Positions 21,330 to 33,993 of a stretch of DNA of 64,000 bases are shown here, one piece after another. The stretch lies in assembly GCA_963735805.1 (NCBI GenBank), contig CAVTMK010000001.1, forward strand, positions 192,001 to 256,000, written 5' to 3'. This DNA is from an uncultured Verrucomicrobiae bacterium. GTDB lineage: Bacteria; Verrucomicrobiota; Verrucomicrobiia; Chthoniobacterales; UBA10450. The position numbers were made by a program, and so were the translations under genes. The notes under the pieces were generated by a model. That model ran no database searches, was not told the DNA's origin, and saw only the letters and a list, made by a program, of their open reading frames with translations. How positions within the stretch are numbered: the first letter of the stretch is position 1; every line of letters begins with the position of its first letter.

Positions 21330-21362
21330 TCTGCTGCTCCTCACCGGGCGAGAATTCAGTCC

Positions 21363-21379
21363 GTAGGATTCAATCCTAC
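21363..21379. promoter_or_regulatory. Perfect 8-1-8 palindrome, candidate regulator binding site
   Basis: GTAGGATT-C-AATCCTAC, 60 nt upstream of the 21439 gene. Confidence 0.4.
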
Positions 21380-21438
21380 AAAAAGACGCGGTAGCGCCCG
21401 TCTGTTAGATTGCACAGTCCTGCGCGAGTGTTTCCGCC

Positions 21439-22617
21439 GTGAAACTGCTAGCACCTGGCCTGCCTCAAAAGGCCTCAAAGATTTCTGAAGCGCTGAACAG
21501 GTTTTTCGCCGAACCCACCCCTTTGCCGCGCCTCTCCAAGGAATCTGACAAGCCGGTCCTCAGATCAAGCAATACACAAGAGGGAAGATCATCATTGCGC
21601 GAGCTTGCCCGTGCTAAAGAGCAGGAGCTTTGGAAGACCAAGTTCGCATATCGCCCCAAAACATTTTGGTACCCGTATCCCACTCTGCGAAATATTTCTG
21701 TATTGGAGCAACTCCTGTCCGGGGTCGGACTTAACTTGCTCGAACTCTGCCGAGGCGAGTATGGCAGGATTGCGGACATCGGCGCCGCCGATGGAGATCT
21801 CGCCTTTTTTTTGGAGGAATTGGGATTCACAGTAGATGTCGTCGACAACGAGTACACAAATTTCAATAAGCTAGAGGGAGCGCGAATACTTAAGAAGGCA
21901 TTAAACTCATCGGCCGCTATCCGTTCGATCGATTTGGACTCGCGGAACCATCTCTTTCCTGAACGGTACGACGCTGCATTTTTCCTCGGCGTTCTCTATC
22001 ACTTAAAAAACCCTTTCTCCATTCTCGAACGACTGGCTCACGTAGCGAGATATTGTTTTCTAAGCACCCGGATCGCCCGACAAACCGCCGACGGTTTAGC
22101 TCTGTCAAAACACCCCCTTGCGTACTTACTGGGCCCAGAGGAATGCAACAACGACAGCACGAACTTCTGGATCTTCACAGATGAAGGGCTCAAGCGACTG
22201 CTTCACCGGACGGGTTGGAATATATTGGCATTCACGACAATTGGCGATACGAGCGGCTCGATGCCGGCTGACCCAAATCATGATGAACGCGCCATCTGCA
22301 TTTTGAAAAGCGACGCCGTATTCGAACTCAGTGCCGCTCCAAATCCTGTGCCTGTCGGTGAAAAGAGGGGAAGCACCAAGGTTCGGTGGAGCACGCCTGA
22401 TGCATGCCCTGGCAAAGTCTACGTCTCGATTAACGGACAAGAAGAGTTTCTGTTTGCAGGAGGACACAAGGGCGTTGCCACAGCCGACTGGATCGAAGCG
22501 GGACGCACCTATGAATTCCGTCTTTACGATTCAGATCGCACTCGCCTGCTCGACGAAATCAGCGTCACGACAACGGCAGAAAAAGCGCAAACCTTCGGCC
22601 GGCAGGTTCCTCTTTGA
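21439..22617 (+). CDS. Class I SAM methyltransferase with C-terminal beta-sandwich-like module
   Basis: IADIGAADG motif I, YDAAFFLGVLYHLKNP. Confidence 0.82.
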   Translation: MKLLAPGLPQKASKISEALNRFFAEPTPLPRLSKESDKPVLRSSNTQEGRSSLRELARAKEQELWKTKFAYRPKTFWYPYPTLRNISVLEQLLSGVGLNLLELCRGEYGRIADIGAADGDLAFFLEELGFTVDVVDNEYTNFNKLEGARILKKALNSSAAIRSIDLDSRNHLFPERYDAAFFLGVLYHLKNPFSILERLAHVARYCFLSTRIARQTADGLALSKHPLAYLLGPEECNNDSTNFWIFTDEGLKRLLHRTGWNILAFTTIGDTSGSMPADPNHDERAICILKSDAVFELSAAPNPVPVGEKRGSTKVRWSTPDACPGKVYVSINGQEEFLFAGGHKGVATADWIEAGRTYEFRLYDSDRTRLLDEISVTTTAEKAQTFGRQVPL

Positions 22618-22736
22618 ATGCGCATCGAATTCTGCGGTGAACTCATCGCGATTGGCTTTTTCCTTGTTGCTTCCGAAGAATTAAACTACTGAACCTGAAA
22701 CAATTGCGTTTTTGGCAAAAAATTAAACAGATTGCC

Positions 22737-22764
22737 TTGACGTGCCACGCATTTCGCGTAAGCT
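22737..22764 (+). promoter_or_regulatory. sigma70 promoter of the 23S-5S operon with AT-rich UP-like element
   Basis: TTGACG-16 nt-TAAGCT preceded by TTTTTGGCAAAAAATTAAA. Confidence 0.65.
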
Positions 22765-22945
22765 ACTGATCCCGCTGGAAGCGGGCCTCCTTTAACTTGG
22801 AGTGCGTTCTATGTACATTTTGGGACTGCAAATTGGGCTCAATTTTGTCCCGGCAACGAAAACGGTAATCCGCCCACGGCGGTTAAGCTGTGATTTTTGT
22901 CGGCACGAGATTGAGTTTTTTTGTGGTCAAAATGTGATAAACGGC

Positions 22946-22959
22946 TGGTTCTTTGACAT
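22946..22959 (+). promoter_or_regulatory. boxA-like antitermination element
   Basis: TGGTTCTTTGACAT resembles the boxA consensus TGCTCTTTAACA; a second copy AGTTCTTTGAAAA lies at 26240-26252. Confidence 0.65.
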
Positions 22960-23092
22960 CTACATACAGGGTAGTAAGAAATACAACTTTAAGAGCTGAG
23001 TCTGAAAATGCTGCAGTTGTCGGTCGCTGACCGCGGCTGCAGGAGAGTTTCAGTTATCAACGAATCTCTGGCCACGCAGGCCAGAACAGATT

Positions 23093-26078
<2,986 letters not shown>

Positions 26079-26357
26079 TTTACTTTTCTGTTAACCCGTC
26101 CCGCGCTTTGCGGGACGGCAAACAGAAGAGAAGAAGATCTCTAAACAAAACGAAGCTCAGATGTTGTAGCCGCGGTCGTTGACCGCGGAATTTTCCAAAA
26201 ACCTGTATGTAGATGCCAGCGGACCAGTTGCCGGTTGAGAGTTCTTTGAAAACGGAATCGTGAAGCGAGAATCGTGAATCGGAAGGTGTTTTCCGTTAAC
26301 GATTTAACGCATTTCGAATCACGCACCAGACCCGAGCAGCGCAAGCCGCTCCTCGGG

Positions 26358-26473
26358 TCTGGTGACCCTAGCGCAGTGGCACCACCCGTTCCCATTTCGA
26401 ACACGGCAGTGAAACGCTGCAGCCCCGATGGTAGTACGGCGATAGGCCGTGCGAGAGTAGGACGTCGCCAGAA
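26358..26473 (+). rRNA. rrf: 5S ribosomal RNA
   Basis: TCTGGTGAC...CCCATTTCGAACACGGCAGTGAA...GATGGTAGT...GAGAGTAGG...GTCGCCAGA. Confidence 0.97.
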
Positions 26474-26475
26474 CA

Positions 26476-26517
26476 AAATGCCCAGCACGTCGTCAGATGT
26501 GCTGGGCGTTTTGTTTT
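26476..26517 (+). terminator. Rho-independent terminator of the rRNA operon
   Basis: GCCCAGCACGTC-GTCA-GATGTGCTGGGC stem followed by GTTTTGTTTT. Confidence 0.85.
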
Positions 26518-26646
26518 ACGTCGCCCACTGAACAGAGAATGGAGCAAACTGGGAAGTTGCGATAAACATTGGCAAGCCGAGAGACCGAGGCGGATGGACG
26601 ATCCATCCCGCGCAGGTCGCAGATGAGCCTACGGGAATTGTGCGAA

Positions 26647-28362
26647 TCAATTCAAGCCAAGAATCTGACGAAGACTTGCCTCATCGAGCCCACTGACCAG
26701 CATTTTTGCGGCGCGTCCTCTTAACGATACTTGCGTTATTGTCGCCGACGCATGCAGTCCCGCTGCCCGCAATGTCTCCGCTGATACAACTAATGGAGTC
26801 CCCAATTCCTTGGCCGTCCGTTCCAGTCGCGCAGCAGTGTTTACCGAATCGCCTACCGCAGAGATGATTGGAGTCTTCGGCGGCCCCATTCGGCCGACGA
26901 TCGCCTGGCCTGTGTGAATGCCAATGCCGATTGCAATCGGCACTTCCAATTCAGCGGCAAGCCGTTCGTTCAAGCCATCGAGACTCTCGAACATTCCTAG
27001 CGCACAACGCAGAGCAGCTCTGGCACTTGCCGCCCGGTCTCCATCAAGTCCGAACAAGGCCATCAACCCGTCGCCGGTAAAATTGGAATAATATCCGCCG
27101 GCTTTTTCTACTGCCTCTGCCAGCGCCGCGAACAAGGAATTCAGCAGGAATACGACGTCATATGGCAATCGTCTTTCTGCTAATGCAGTAGAGCCCCGAA
27201 TATCAACAAATAAAATGGTAACCTCTCGTTCCTCACCAAATTCCTGACCAGCTTCGGTATACGTCGCCGCGACGACGCTCGGATGCAGGAGCGGTTGCAC
27301 TGTCAGATCCACTTCCGGCCGCAACTGACACGCAAGGCGCACATTATCTGGCGCACCAATACGCCGAAGAGCAACCGCTTCCAGTTCATTCGCTTCAGGT
27401 AATTCTCCAGCTGCGCTCGCAATTTGTACTCGACAAGTCGTGCATCGCGCGCGGCCTCCGCAAACCGACATATGGGCACGTCGCGTCATTCGACTTACCT
27501 CAAGCACCGACATGCCTTTCGGTGCTTCGACAGTTACGGCATCTGGGTAAGTTACTTTGAACCGGGCGTGTCGCTCTCGCCAATTACGAATCTGGGCGAT
27601 GGAAAAGACCAATCCGACCACGGCGATCCATGACGGCCCGACCCAATCCTTCAGCGCCGCACGCAACTCGGCCCGGTGCGGATCCGCTGGCACTCCGTGT
27701 GCCTTCATCGCCCGCATCCATTGCGGATCGCTTCGTGCGTGCGCCGTCATTGTCATCCCAACTTCTGCAAATCCAAGCAGGGCCGCCGTCGGGATCAGCA
27801 CGAAAGCGAGAAGCATGGCTGGAAAAGCACGGCGATACCAACTGTGGAGTCGCCACCAAAAATGCAACCCGACGGCAAAATGTCCCCACACCAATAATAC
27901 AAGCGCGATTTGCCGAAACCGTGTCCAGGGGTCGACCCAGAGATTGGCAATTTCATAGGTATAATCGATATCGATACCGGTAAGAATACGTGTGCCTCTG
28001 GTGTTTATGATGTGGACGAGTAACAGGTAGGGAATAATCAGCCCTAGCAGGATCTGGATTGCTTCCCACGCAGGCATGTAATAGTGGCGGCGCCGATATA
28101 ATATCAGGAGCGCGATTGCAGCATGAGTGATCAGACTGCCATACAACAGCACCTGGCCAGGCGGCGAATGCCACAGCGCCATTACCCATGGCCGGACTGC
28201 CTCTTGTGCATGCACGGAAATCAAACCCAGCGCATGGTTCGATAGATGCATCGTGACGTACAGCCCGATGATAAGACCGGTCACCATACGCAGATCGGCG
28301 ATCGTGAGTTTTCGGATCGATTTCACGTCTCGATGACTTCCCATTGAACCAAACAAACCCAC
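26647..28362 (-). CDS. Membrane class III nucleotidyl cyclase with His-rich TM domain and 2Fe-2S ferredoxin domain (CyaC-like architecture)
   Basis: TM His motifs (HLSNH, WGHFAVGLH); CGGRARCTTC...RLAC; LFVDIRGST, GDGLMALFG, GDSVNTAARLE. Confidence 0.9.
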   Translation of the reverse strand: MGLFGSMGSHRDVKSIRKLTIADLRMVTGLIIGLYVTMHLSNHALGLISVHAQEAVRPWVMALWHSPPGQVLLYGSLITHAAIALLILYRRRHYYMPAWEAIQILLGLIIPYLLLVHIINTRGTRILTGIDIDYTYEIANLWVDPWTRFRQIALVLLVWGHFAVGLHFWWRLHSWYRRAFPAMLLAFVLIPTAALLGFAEVGMTMTAHARSDPQWMRAMKAHGVPADPHRAELRAALKDWVGPSWIAVVGLVFSIAQIRNWRERHARFKVTYPDAVTVEAPKGMSVLEVSRMTRRAHMSVCGGRARCTTCRVQIASAAGELPEANELEAVALRRIGAPDNVRLACQLRPEVDLTVQPLLHPSVVAATYTEAGQEFGEEREVTILFVDIRGSTALAERRLPYDVVFLLNSLFAALAEAVEKAGGYYSNFTGDGLMALFGLDGDRAASARAALRCALGMFESLDGLNERLAAELEVPIAIGIGIHTGQAIVGRMGPPKTPIISAVGDSVNTAARLERTAKELGTPLVVSAETLRAAGLHASATITQVSLRGRAAKMLVSGLDEASLRQILGLN

Positions 28363-28528
28363 TTGTCTCCAAAGTAAAGGCGCGGGCGGGCCAGAATCGA
28401 AGCAGTTACTGCGCGAAATTACCGGAACGTTTCGAAGTGAGAAAATTGGCCGTGATTCAAAGAAAGGTGGAAATGAAAAGTAATGAGCCAGTCGAAAGGG
28501 GCTTGGTACCGGTCATCGGCTTGGTTCT

Positions 28529-28741
28529 TCAATCTAATTTCGCGTACTCGTATCGATCTTTAATCAAATTCCAAAACGTTCCCGCCGAGTCCGCTTTCAA
28601 GAGTGCCTGATAAACAAACTCAGGCACGTGCATGTAACGATATGAATGTCCCTCGCGAAACTCGACATCCAGTGTGCGATTCGTCTCGTCATATGTGACT
28701 GCTTCGATTGCGGAAGAGCCGAGTGTGATCCGTTGTGTCAT
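28529..28741 (-). CDS. KTSC domain protein
   Basis: SSAIEAVTYD...LDVEF...YRYMHVP...ADSAGTFWN..IK pattern. Confidence 0.88.
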   Translation of the reverse strand: MTQRITLGSSAIEAVTYDETNRTLDVEFREGHSYRYMHVPEFVYQALLKADSAGTFWNLIKDRYEYAKLD

Positions 28742-28805
28742 TCGCCTTATTGAACGTCAAGCGTTCATGCGCTAAGACAAGAATTACATTAATCGAAAGG
28801 TTCCT

Positions 28806-29318
28806 ATGCTCACAAGTCAGAAGGTTATTGACGCTGTTAACGAACAGATCGGCTACGAATTCAGCGCGGAGTTACAGTATTACGCTATAGCGGCGCATTT
28901 TGCAGCCGAGGCGTTGCCGCAACTCTCGCAGCATTTTTTTCGGCAGGCCGAAGAGGAAAAAGGACACGCACTGCGGTTCATCAAATACGTGGTCGACGCC
29001 GGCGGTCGCGTGATGATTCCAGCGATCGACGCGCCTAAATCGAAATTCAAGACGCCGCGGGACGCTGTGAAGCTTTCGCTCGACCAGGAGATTCATGTCA
29101 CCAATCAAATCAATGGTCTAGTGGAACTCGCACGAAAGCAGAACGACTACATCACAATCAATTTTCTACAGTGGTTTCTGACAGAACAGCTCGAGGAAGT
29201 TTCATCGATGGATAATCTGCTCAAGATCGTTGATCGCGCCGGGACCGATCTCTTGCAAGCTGACGAATACCTGGCTCGGGTTGGCATCAGAACAATGCCG
29301 CAGCCGCCGAAAGAATAG
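28806..29318 (+). CDS. Non-heme ferritin
   Basis: NEQIGYE, QAEEEKGHA, FLQWFLTEQLEE ferroxidase motifs. Confidence 0.92.
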   Translation: MLTSQKVIDAVNEQIGYEFSAELQYYAIAAHFAAEALPQLSQHFFRQAEEEKGHALRFIKYVVDAGGRVMIPAIDAPKSKFKTPRDAVKLSLDQEIHVTNQINGLVELARKQNDYITINFLQWFLTEQLEEVSSMDNLLKIVDRAGTDLLQADEYLARVGIRTMPQPPKE

Positions 29319-29398
29319 CAACGTGGCGGTCCAAGCCGGTCTGGCATAGCGTCCATTCTGCGGCTCACACAGCCGCCGCTGCAAGGCGGAACGCTGGT

Positions 29399-30163
29399 AT
29401 GACGTTCAAGGATCATTTTTCGAGGCAGGTAGACGACTACGCGATCTTTCGACCAGGTTATCCGCGGGAGCTTTTCGATTATCTAGGGACCATCGCCCCC
29501 GGTCATCAGCTCGCGTGGGATTGCGGCACAGGAAACGGGCAAGCTGCCATAGGATTAGCGGCGGTGTTCGATCGCGTGATTGCGACTGACGCGAGTCAGA
29601 GACAAATCTCAAACGCTCAGCCACACGAGAAAGTGGAATACCGGGTCGCGTCTGCAGAAAACAGTGGCATCCACTCGGGGACGCTTGATCTGACTATGGT
29701 CGCTCAGGCGTTGCATTGGTTTGATCTGGACCGCTTTTACGGGGAGGCGCGGCGAGTGTTGAAACCAAATGGCGTTCTCGCCGCGTCGGCTTACAACTTG
29801 TTGCACGTCGAACCGGCAATCGACGAGGTTGTAAACCGATACTATTTCGAGGTGGTCGGACCATTCTGGCCGCCGGAGCGCAAGCTCGTTGAACAGTTCG
29901 CAGATCTTCCCTTCCCGTTTCGAGAGATTGATCCGCCAAAATTCGAGATGACGGCGGAATGGAATCTCAATCACCTACTCGGGTACGTTCGAACGTGGTC
30001 TTCGACACAGCGCTTCATCGCGGATAAGGGCCGCGACCCTTTGGAGCAAATAACAGATGACCTTCGCAACGCCTGGGACGATCCTCAGCGGACGCGAAAA
30101 ATTGTGTGGCCACTGATCTTGCGCGTTGGCGTAAATGAAAATGTCGGAATCGTGCGCGCCTGA
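29399..30163 (+). CDS. Class I SAM methyltransferase (Methyltransf_11-like)
   Basis: FKDHFS...RPGYP, WDCGTGNGQ, AQALHWFD. Confidence 0.9.
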   Translation: MTFKDHFSRQVDDYAIFRPGYPRELFDYLGTIAPGHQLAWDCGTGNGQAAIGLAAVFDRVIATDASQRQISNAQPHEKVEYRVASAENSGIHSGTLDLTMVAQALHWFDLDRFYGEARRVLKPNGVLAASAYNLLHVEPAIDEVVNRYYFEVVGPFWPPERKLVEQFADLPFPFREIDPPKFEMTAEWNLNHLLGYVRTWSSTQRFIADKGRDPLEQITDDLRNAWDDPQRTRKIVWPLILRVGVNENVGIVRA

Positions 30164-30311
30164 CACAAACGCCCAAAACTCGATGTTCAGCATCAGACGA
30201 TGCCCAAGCCATCGCCAACGACCAAGGCTAGAGCAGTCCGGACGATACCGGATCCCGCGCAAAAACGCTTGAATAGAAGGGATCGGAAGCGGTCTAATCG
30301 TCACTATGCAT

Positions 30312-30623
30312 ATGAAAACAGCGTTTAGCTTATTGGCAGCAGCGAGTCTCGCGCTCAGCAGCGCGGTTCTTGGCGCAGGGTCGAAGACTTATCAAGTCAC
30401 AGGGCCAGTTCTCGAAGTTACCGATTCAATGATTGCGGTCCAGAAAGGCAAAGACCGTTGGGAAATCAATCGCGACGCGAATACTAAGGTTACGGGCGAT
30501 CTAAAGGTAGGTGAGAAAGTGACCATCACGTACACAATGTCAGCCACGGACGTTGAAGTGAAGGCAGGGAAGGGCGCAAAGAAAGAAGGCGCCAGTCCGG
30601 CCGGTGCGACTAAGAAAAAATAA
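30312..30623 (+). CDS. Small secreted beta-rich hypothetical protein
   Basis: Signal peptide MKTAFSLLAAASLAL; YQVTGPVLEV...GDLKVGEKVTITY. Confidence 0.7.
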   Translation: MKTAFSLLAAASLALSSAVLGAGSKTYQVTGPVLEVTDSMIAVQKGKDRWEINRDANTKVTGDLKVGEKVTITYTMSATDVEVKAGKGAKKEGASPAGATKKK

Positions 30624-30740
30624 CAAGCACAGTTCACAATCGCCGGATGCGTAAAGCGTGCCCGGCGATTCTTTCTGTTGCAACGGCGCTTGTGCCAGCG
30701 CCGAGGCAAGAGCACGCGCTTTGTGCAAGCGACTCCACAA

Positions 30741-32279
30741 TTATCTTCTACGACTGCCACTCCCGAGAATTCCTCCTAGAATCCCGCGAGCGATTTGCCG
30801 GCCGATTGAGCTGCTGGCAGCGCGCATTGCACTTTTTACCATGGAAGTTGCCATCGAATCATAGCGTCCTCCGCGTGGTCCGATTTTCGGTTGGAACGCA
30901 GCCGCAGCGGTGCCGAGGGCTTCAGCCAGTATGGAAGGCTTCTCCCCCTCAGGCGGTGGGGGGCTTCCAGCTACTGGCGGTGCACCGGCGGTTTGCGTTT
31001 TTTCACCTGCTCTGGACTGGAGTATTTCGTAAGCCGACTCCCGATCGATCGCTTTCTCATAATGCCCGGAAACAATAGATGAAGCGATGATCTCTTTGCG
31101 TTGATCGGCCGTGATTGCTCCGACTTGACTGCGCGGCGGAACAATTTTCGCTCGCTCGACAATTTCTGGACTGCCATTTTCGTCCAGCATTGAAACAAGC
31201 GCCTCACCAACCGCGAGCTGGCTCAACACCGTCTCGGCCTTTAGCTTTGGATTTTGCCGGAAAGTTTCCGCAGCGGCTTTAACCGCTTTCTGATCCCTCG
31301 GAGTAAACGCGCGCAATGCGTGCTGCACTCGATTCCCCAGCTGGCCCAGCACAACGTCAGGGATATCGAGAGGGTTTTGGCTAACGAAATAAACGCCGAC
31401 ACCTTTAGAGCGGATCAGTCGTACCATTTGCTCGATTTTTTGCTCTACTGCCGGCGAGATATCAGCGAAAAGCAGGTGCGCCTCGTCAAAGAAGAAAACC
31501 AACTTCGGTTTTTCCGGATCACCGATTTCTGGAAGATTCTCGAACAACTCGGAGAGCATCCAAAGCAGAAATGTCGCATAAACCTTTGGCGACTTTTGCA
31601 TCAACTTGTCCGCGGCGAGGATATTGACCACTCCTTTGCCGGCCTGCGCTTGGATCAGGTCGTCGAGATTAAGCGCAGGTTCGCCGAAAAATTTATCCGC
31701 GCCTTGTGATTCAAGCGCGAGGAGACTGCGCTGGATCGCCCCGGCACTTGCGGCGGAGACATTCCCATACTGGGTCTTAAATTGGTCGGCATTGTCCGCC
31801 ACGTACTGTAACATCGAACGCAGATCCTTGAGATCGAGCAAGAGCAATCCATTTTCGTCGGCGATCTTAAACACCATGTTGAGCACGCCTTCCTGGGTGT
31901 CATTCAATTCGAGTAGCCGCGCGAGCAAAAGCGGACCCATTTCGGAAACGGTCGCGCGCACCGGGTGACCTTGCTCGCCGAATACGTCCCAAAAAACCAC
32001 AGGGCAGGCTTCGCCCTTAAAATCATCGATCTTAAGTTCTTTCGCGCGCTCGAGAACTTTCGGATTATTTCCGCCAGGCTGACTCAACCCCGCGAGGTCA
32101 CCTTTCACGTCAGCCATGAAGACGGGTACACCCCGAGCACTGAAATTTTCCGCGAGCGTCTGGAGGGTGACCGTTTTGCCTGTGCCGGTGGCTCCGGCTA
32201 TCAATCCGTGCCGGTTCGCCATTTTCGGCAGCAGGAAGATTTTTTCCTTCGATTCAGCGACGAGGATAGGTTCGGCCAT
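30741..32279 (-). CDS. DUF853/YjgR HerA-like ATPase
   Basis: [41 protein letters not shown]. Confidence 0.92.
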   Translation of the reverse strand: MAEPILVAESKEKIFLLPKMANRHGLIAGATGTGKTVTLQTLAENFSARGVPVFMADVKGDLAGLSQPGGNNPKVLERAKELKIDDFKGEACPVVFWDVFGEQGHPVRATVSEMGPLLLARLLELNDTQEGVLNMVFKIADENGLLLLDLKDLRSMLQYVADNADQFKTQYGNVSAASAGAIQRSLLALESQGADKFFGEPALNLDDLIQAQAGKGVVNILAADKLMQKSPKVYATFLLWMLSELFENLPEIGDPEKPKLVFFFDEAHLLFADISPAVEQKIEQMVRLIRSKGVGVYFVSQNPLDIPDVVLGQLGNRVQHALRAFTPRDQKAVKAAAETFRQNPKLKAETVLSQLAVGEALVSMLDENGSPEIVERAKIVPPRSQVGAITADQRKEIIASSIVSGHYEKAIDRESAYEILQSRAGEKTQTAGAPPVAGSPPPPEGEKPSILAEALGTAAAAFQPKIGPRGGRYDSMATSMVKSAMRAASSSIGRQIARGILGGILGSGSRRR

Positions 32280-32352
32280 CGTTCAATATAATTCTGACTA
32301 ACAGCGCGGCGATTGTCCAGGATTGGTCGCACGCTTCGGACAATGTCCGAGG

Positions 32353-32775
32353 CTACAACTCGCGCTTGCGCCAGGCACCGAGAACAAGGCCACTTATCGC
32401 GAAAGCCACGAATGGGCGGCCCATGTCAATAAAAACCAACGGCCACTGGTTGGTTTCAAACGCCGCGAATGCCGAGATTGCAGAGTACTGAACAAACAGA
32501 AAGCCAAAAAAACAGATTAGCGCAACCTTTAATCCAGCTACAGCAGTGGAAGCATGCAGTTTGTAGATAAGCCACGCCAACGCGTAGTTCGCGAAGATTG
32601 CCGCAACGATCGCAATCAAATACGGCTCCACGCCAAACACGTTTTCGATATCTGTCATAGTGCGAGCGTGATAATTCAGCCAAGCCTCCCCAAACAAAGC
32701 GTACCATCCGAGTCCGATAAAAAAATGGACAACGACAAGGATCCAAACCGCGAGATGATGAATCTTATATTTCAT
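32353..32775 (-). CDS. DUF1761-like membrane protein
   Basis: GLGWY..LFGEAW motif, four TM helices, ID.G motif. Confidence 0.7.
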   Translation of the reverse strand: MKYKIHHLAVWILVVVHFFIGLGWYALFGEAWLNYHARTMTDIENVFGVEPYLIAIVAAIFANYALAWLIYKLHASTAVAGLKVALICFFGFLFVQYSAISAFAAFETNQWPLVFIDMGRPFVAFAISGLVLGAWRKREL

Positions 32776-32866
32776 CCGTTTTCTGATTATCGGGCGGTCG
32801 GAATTTGGATTGCAAGCGGATTTACTCGTGAGTCGTTGCTGTCAGCGAATCGGCTGCTGAACAGCG

Positions 32867-33331
32867 TCAGTAAAGATACGGTTTGGAAAGTGGGAACGCG
32901 TTCTTGATGAGTTCAAACCGCGGTTTCGCGTCATCTGCGATGACAACTTCAACAACATCAAACCGGAAAAGAATGTCGGGGTTATCCAGCATTCGCAGCC
33001 AGGCCAGGCCCCCACGAGAAATGCGTTTTCGTTTTTCGCGATCAATCGCTTCGATGGGCCGGCCGAAATCTTCGCGCCCGCGGGTTTTTACCTCGACAAA
33101 AACCAGCGTGTCATTATCGCGACACACGACGTCGATTTCACCGCCGGTGCGACCACGGAAGTTGCGGAAGAGGATTTTGTAACCGTTACGCTTCAGATAG
33201 CGGCACGCCAATTTCTCGCCTAACGCGCCTCGCCGGAGATGACCGGATTTGGGAGAGGTCCTCCAGCGCGAGAAGCGGTTGTGCCACCGGCTCGAAAGAT
33301 CGGCGATGGATTGGGCAAGGGCCGAATTCAT
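32867..33331 (-). CDS. yraN: YraN (UPF0102) family nuclease-like protein
   Basis: GALGEKLA..YL, RNFR...GEIDVV, LVFVEVKTR, RFDVV. Confidence 0.9.
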   Translation of the reverse strand: MNSALAQSIADLSSRWHNRFSRWRTSPKSGHLRRGALGEKLACRYLKRNGYKILFRNFRGRTGGEIDVVCRDNDTLVFVEVKTRGREDFGRPIEAIDREKRKRISRGGLAWLRMLDNPDILFRFDVVEVVIADDAKPRFELIKNAFPLSKPYLY

Positions 33332-33884
33332 GGAGTTTCAGCAAGTGCAGTTCGGTTCCGTAACCTTTATGCTGCTCAAAGCAATATTGCGGGAATTGCA
33401 GGCAGAAGTCACGCATCATCCGGTCGCGCGTTACCTTAGCGATCACGCTGGCGGCCGCGATGCTCAGACTAAGGCAGTCGCCGTCAACAACGGCTGTTTG
33501 TGGAAACGGAAAAGGAATGACTGGCAGTCCATCGATCAAGACGTGATCGGGCGGGTTCATCAGGGCGGTAATCGCAAGGCGCATCGCCTGCTGGCTTGCG
33601 CGCAGAATGTTGATGCGATCAATCTCAATGGAGTCCACAGCACCGATTGTCCATCGTACTTCTGGATTAGATACCAACTCCAGATAGATCTCATTGCGCA
33701 ATTCCGGCCCAAGTTGTTTGGAATCGTTCAGCCGGCGATGGCGAAATTTTTCAGGAAGAATTACGGCTGCGGCTACAACCGGACCTGCCAGGGCGCCCCG
33801 GCCGACTTCGTCAATCCCGGCAATCTGGGCGGCGCCGGTGGCGCGCAGTTTTTTTTCGTAACGAAATCCGCATCGCCGGTACAT
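33186..33884 (-). CDS. rnhB: Ribonuclease HII
   Basis: GIDEVGRGALAGPV, LNDSK, SIAAASVIAKVTRD, HKGYGT, HRRSF. Confidence 0.97.
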   Translation of the reverse strand: MYRRCGFRYEKKLRATGAAQIAGIDEVGRGALAGPVVAAAVILPEKFRHRRLNDSKQLGPELRNEIYLELVSNPEVRWTIGAVDSIEIDRINILRASQQAMRLAITALMNPPDHVLIDGLPVIPFPFPQTAVVDGDCLSLSIAAASVIAKVTRDRMMRDFCLQFPQYCFEQHKGYGTELHLLKLHEFGPCPIHRRSFEPVAQPLLALEDLSQIRSSPARRVRREIGVPLSEA

Positions 33885-33912
33885 CCGCGCAAATCATTGG
33901 CAAATTTACGCT

Positions 33913-33993
33913 AGTGACAAGTAACATGTGACGAGCGACGAGAAAAAGATGAGAGCTGCGAAGCGCGCCAGGTTTCGCTCGTCACTTATTACT
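33913..33993. repeat. Inverted repeat built from 7-mer (GTGACNA) units, overlapping the rplS stop
   Basis: AGTAACATGTGACGAGCGA (33920-33938) matches the reverse complement of 33975-33993 at 17/19. Confidence 0.65.
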
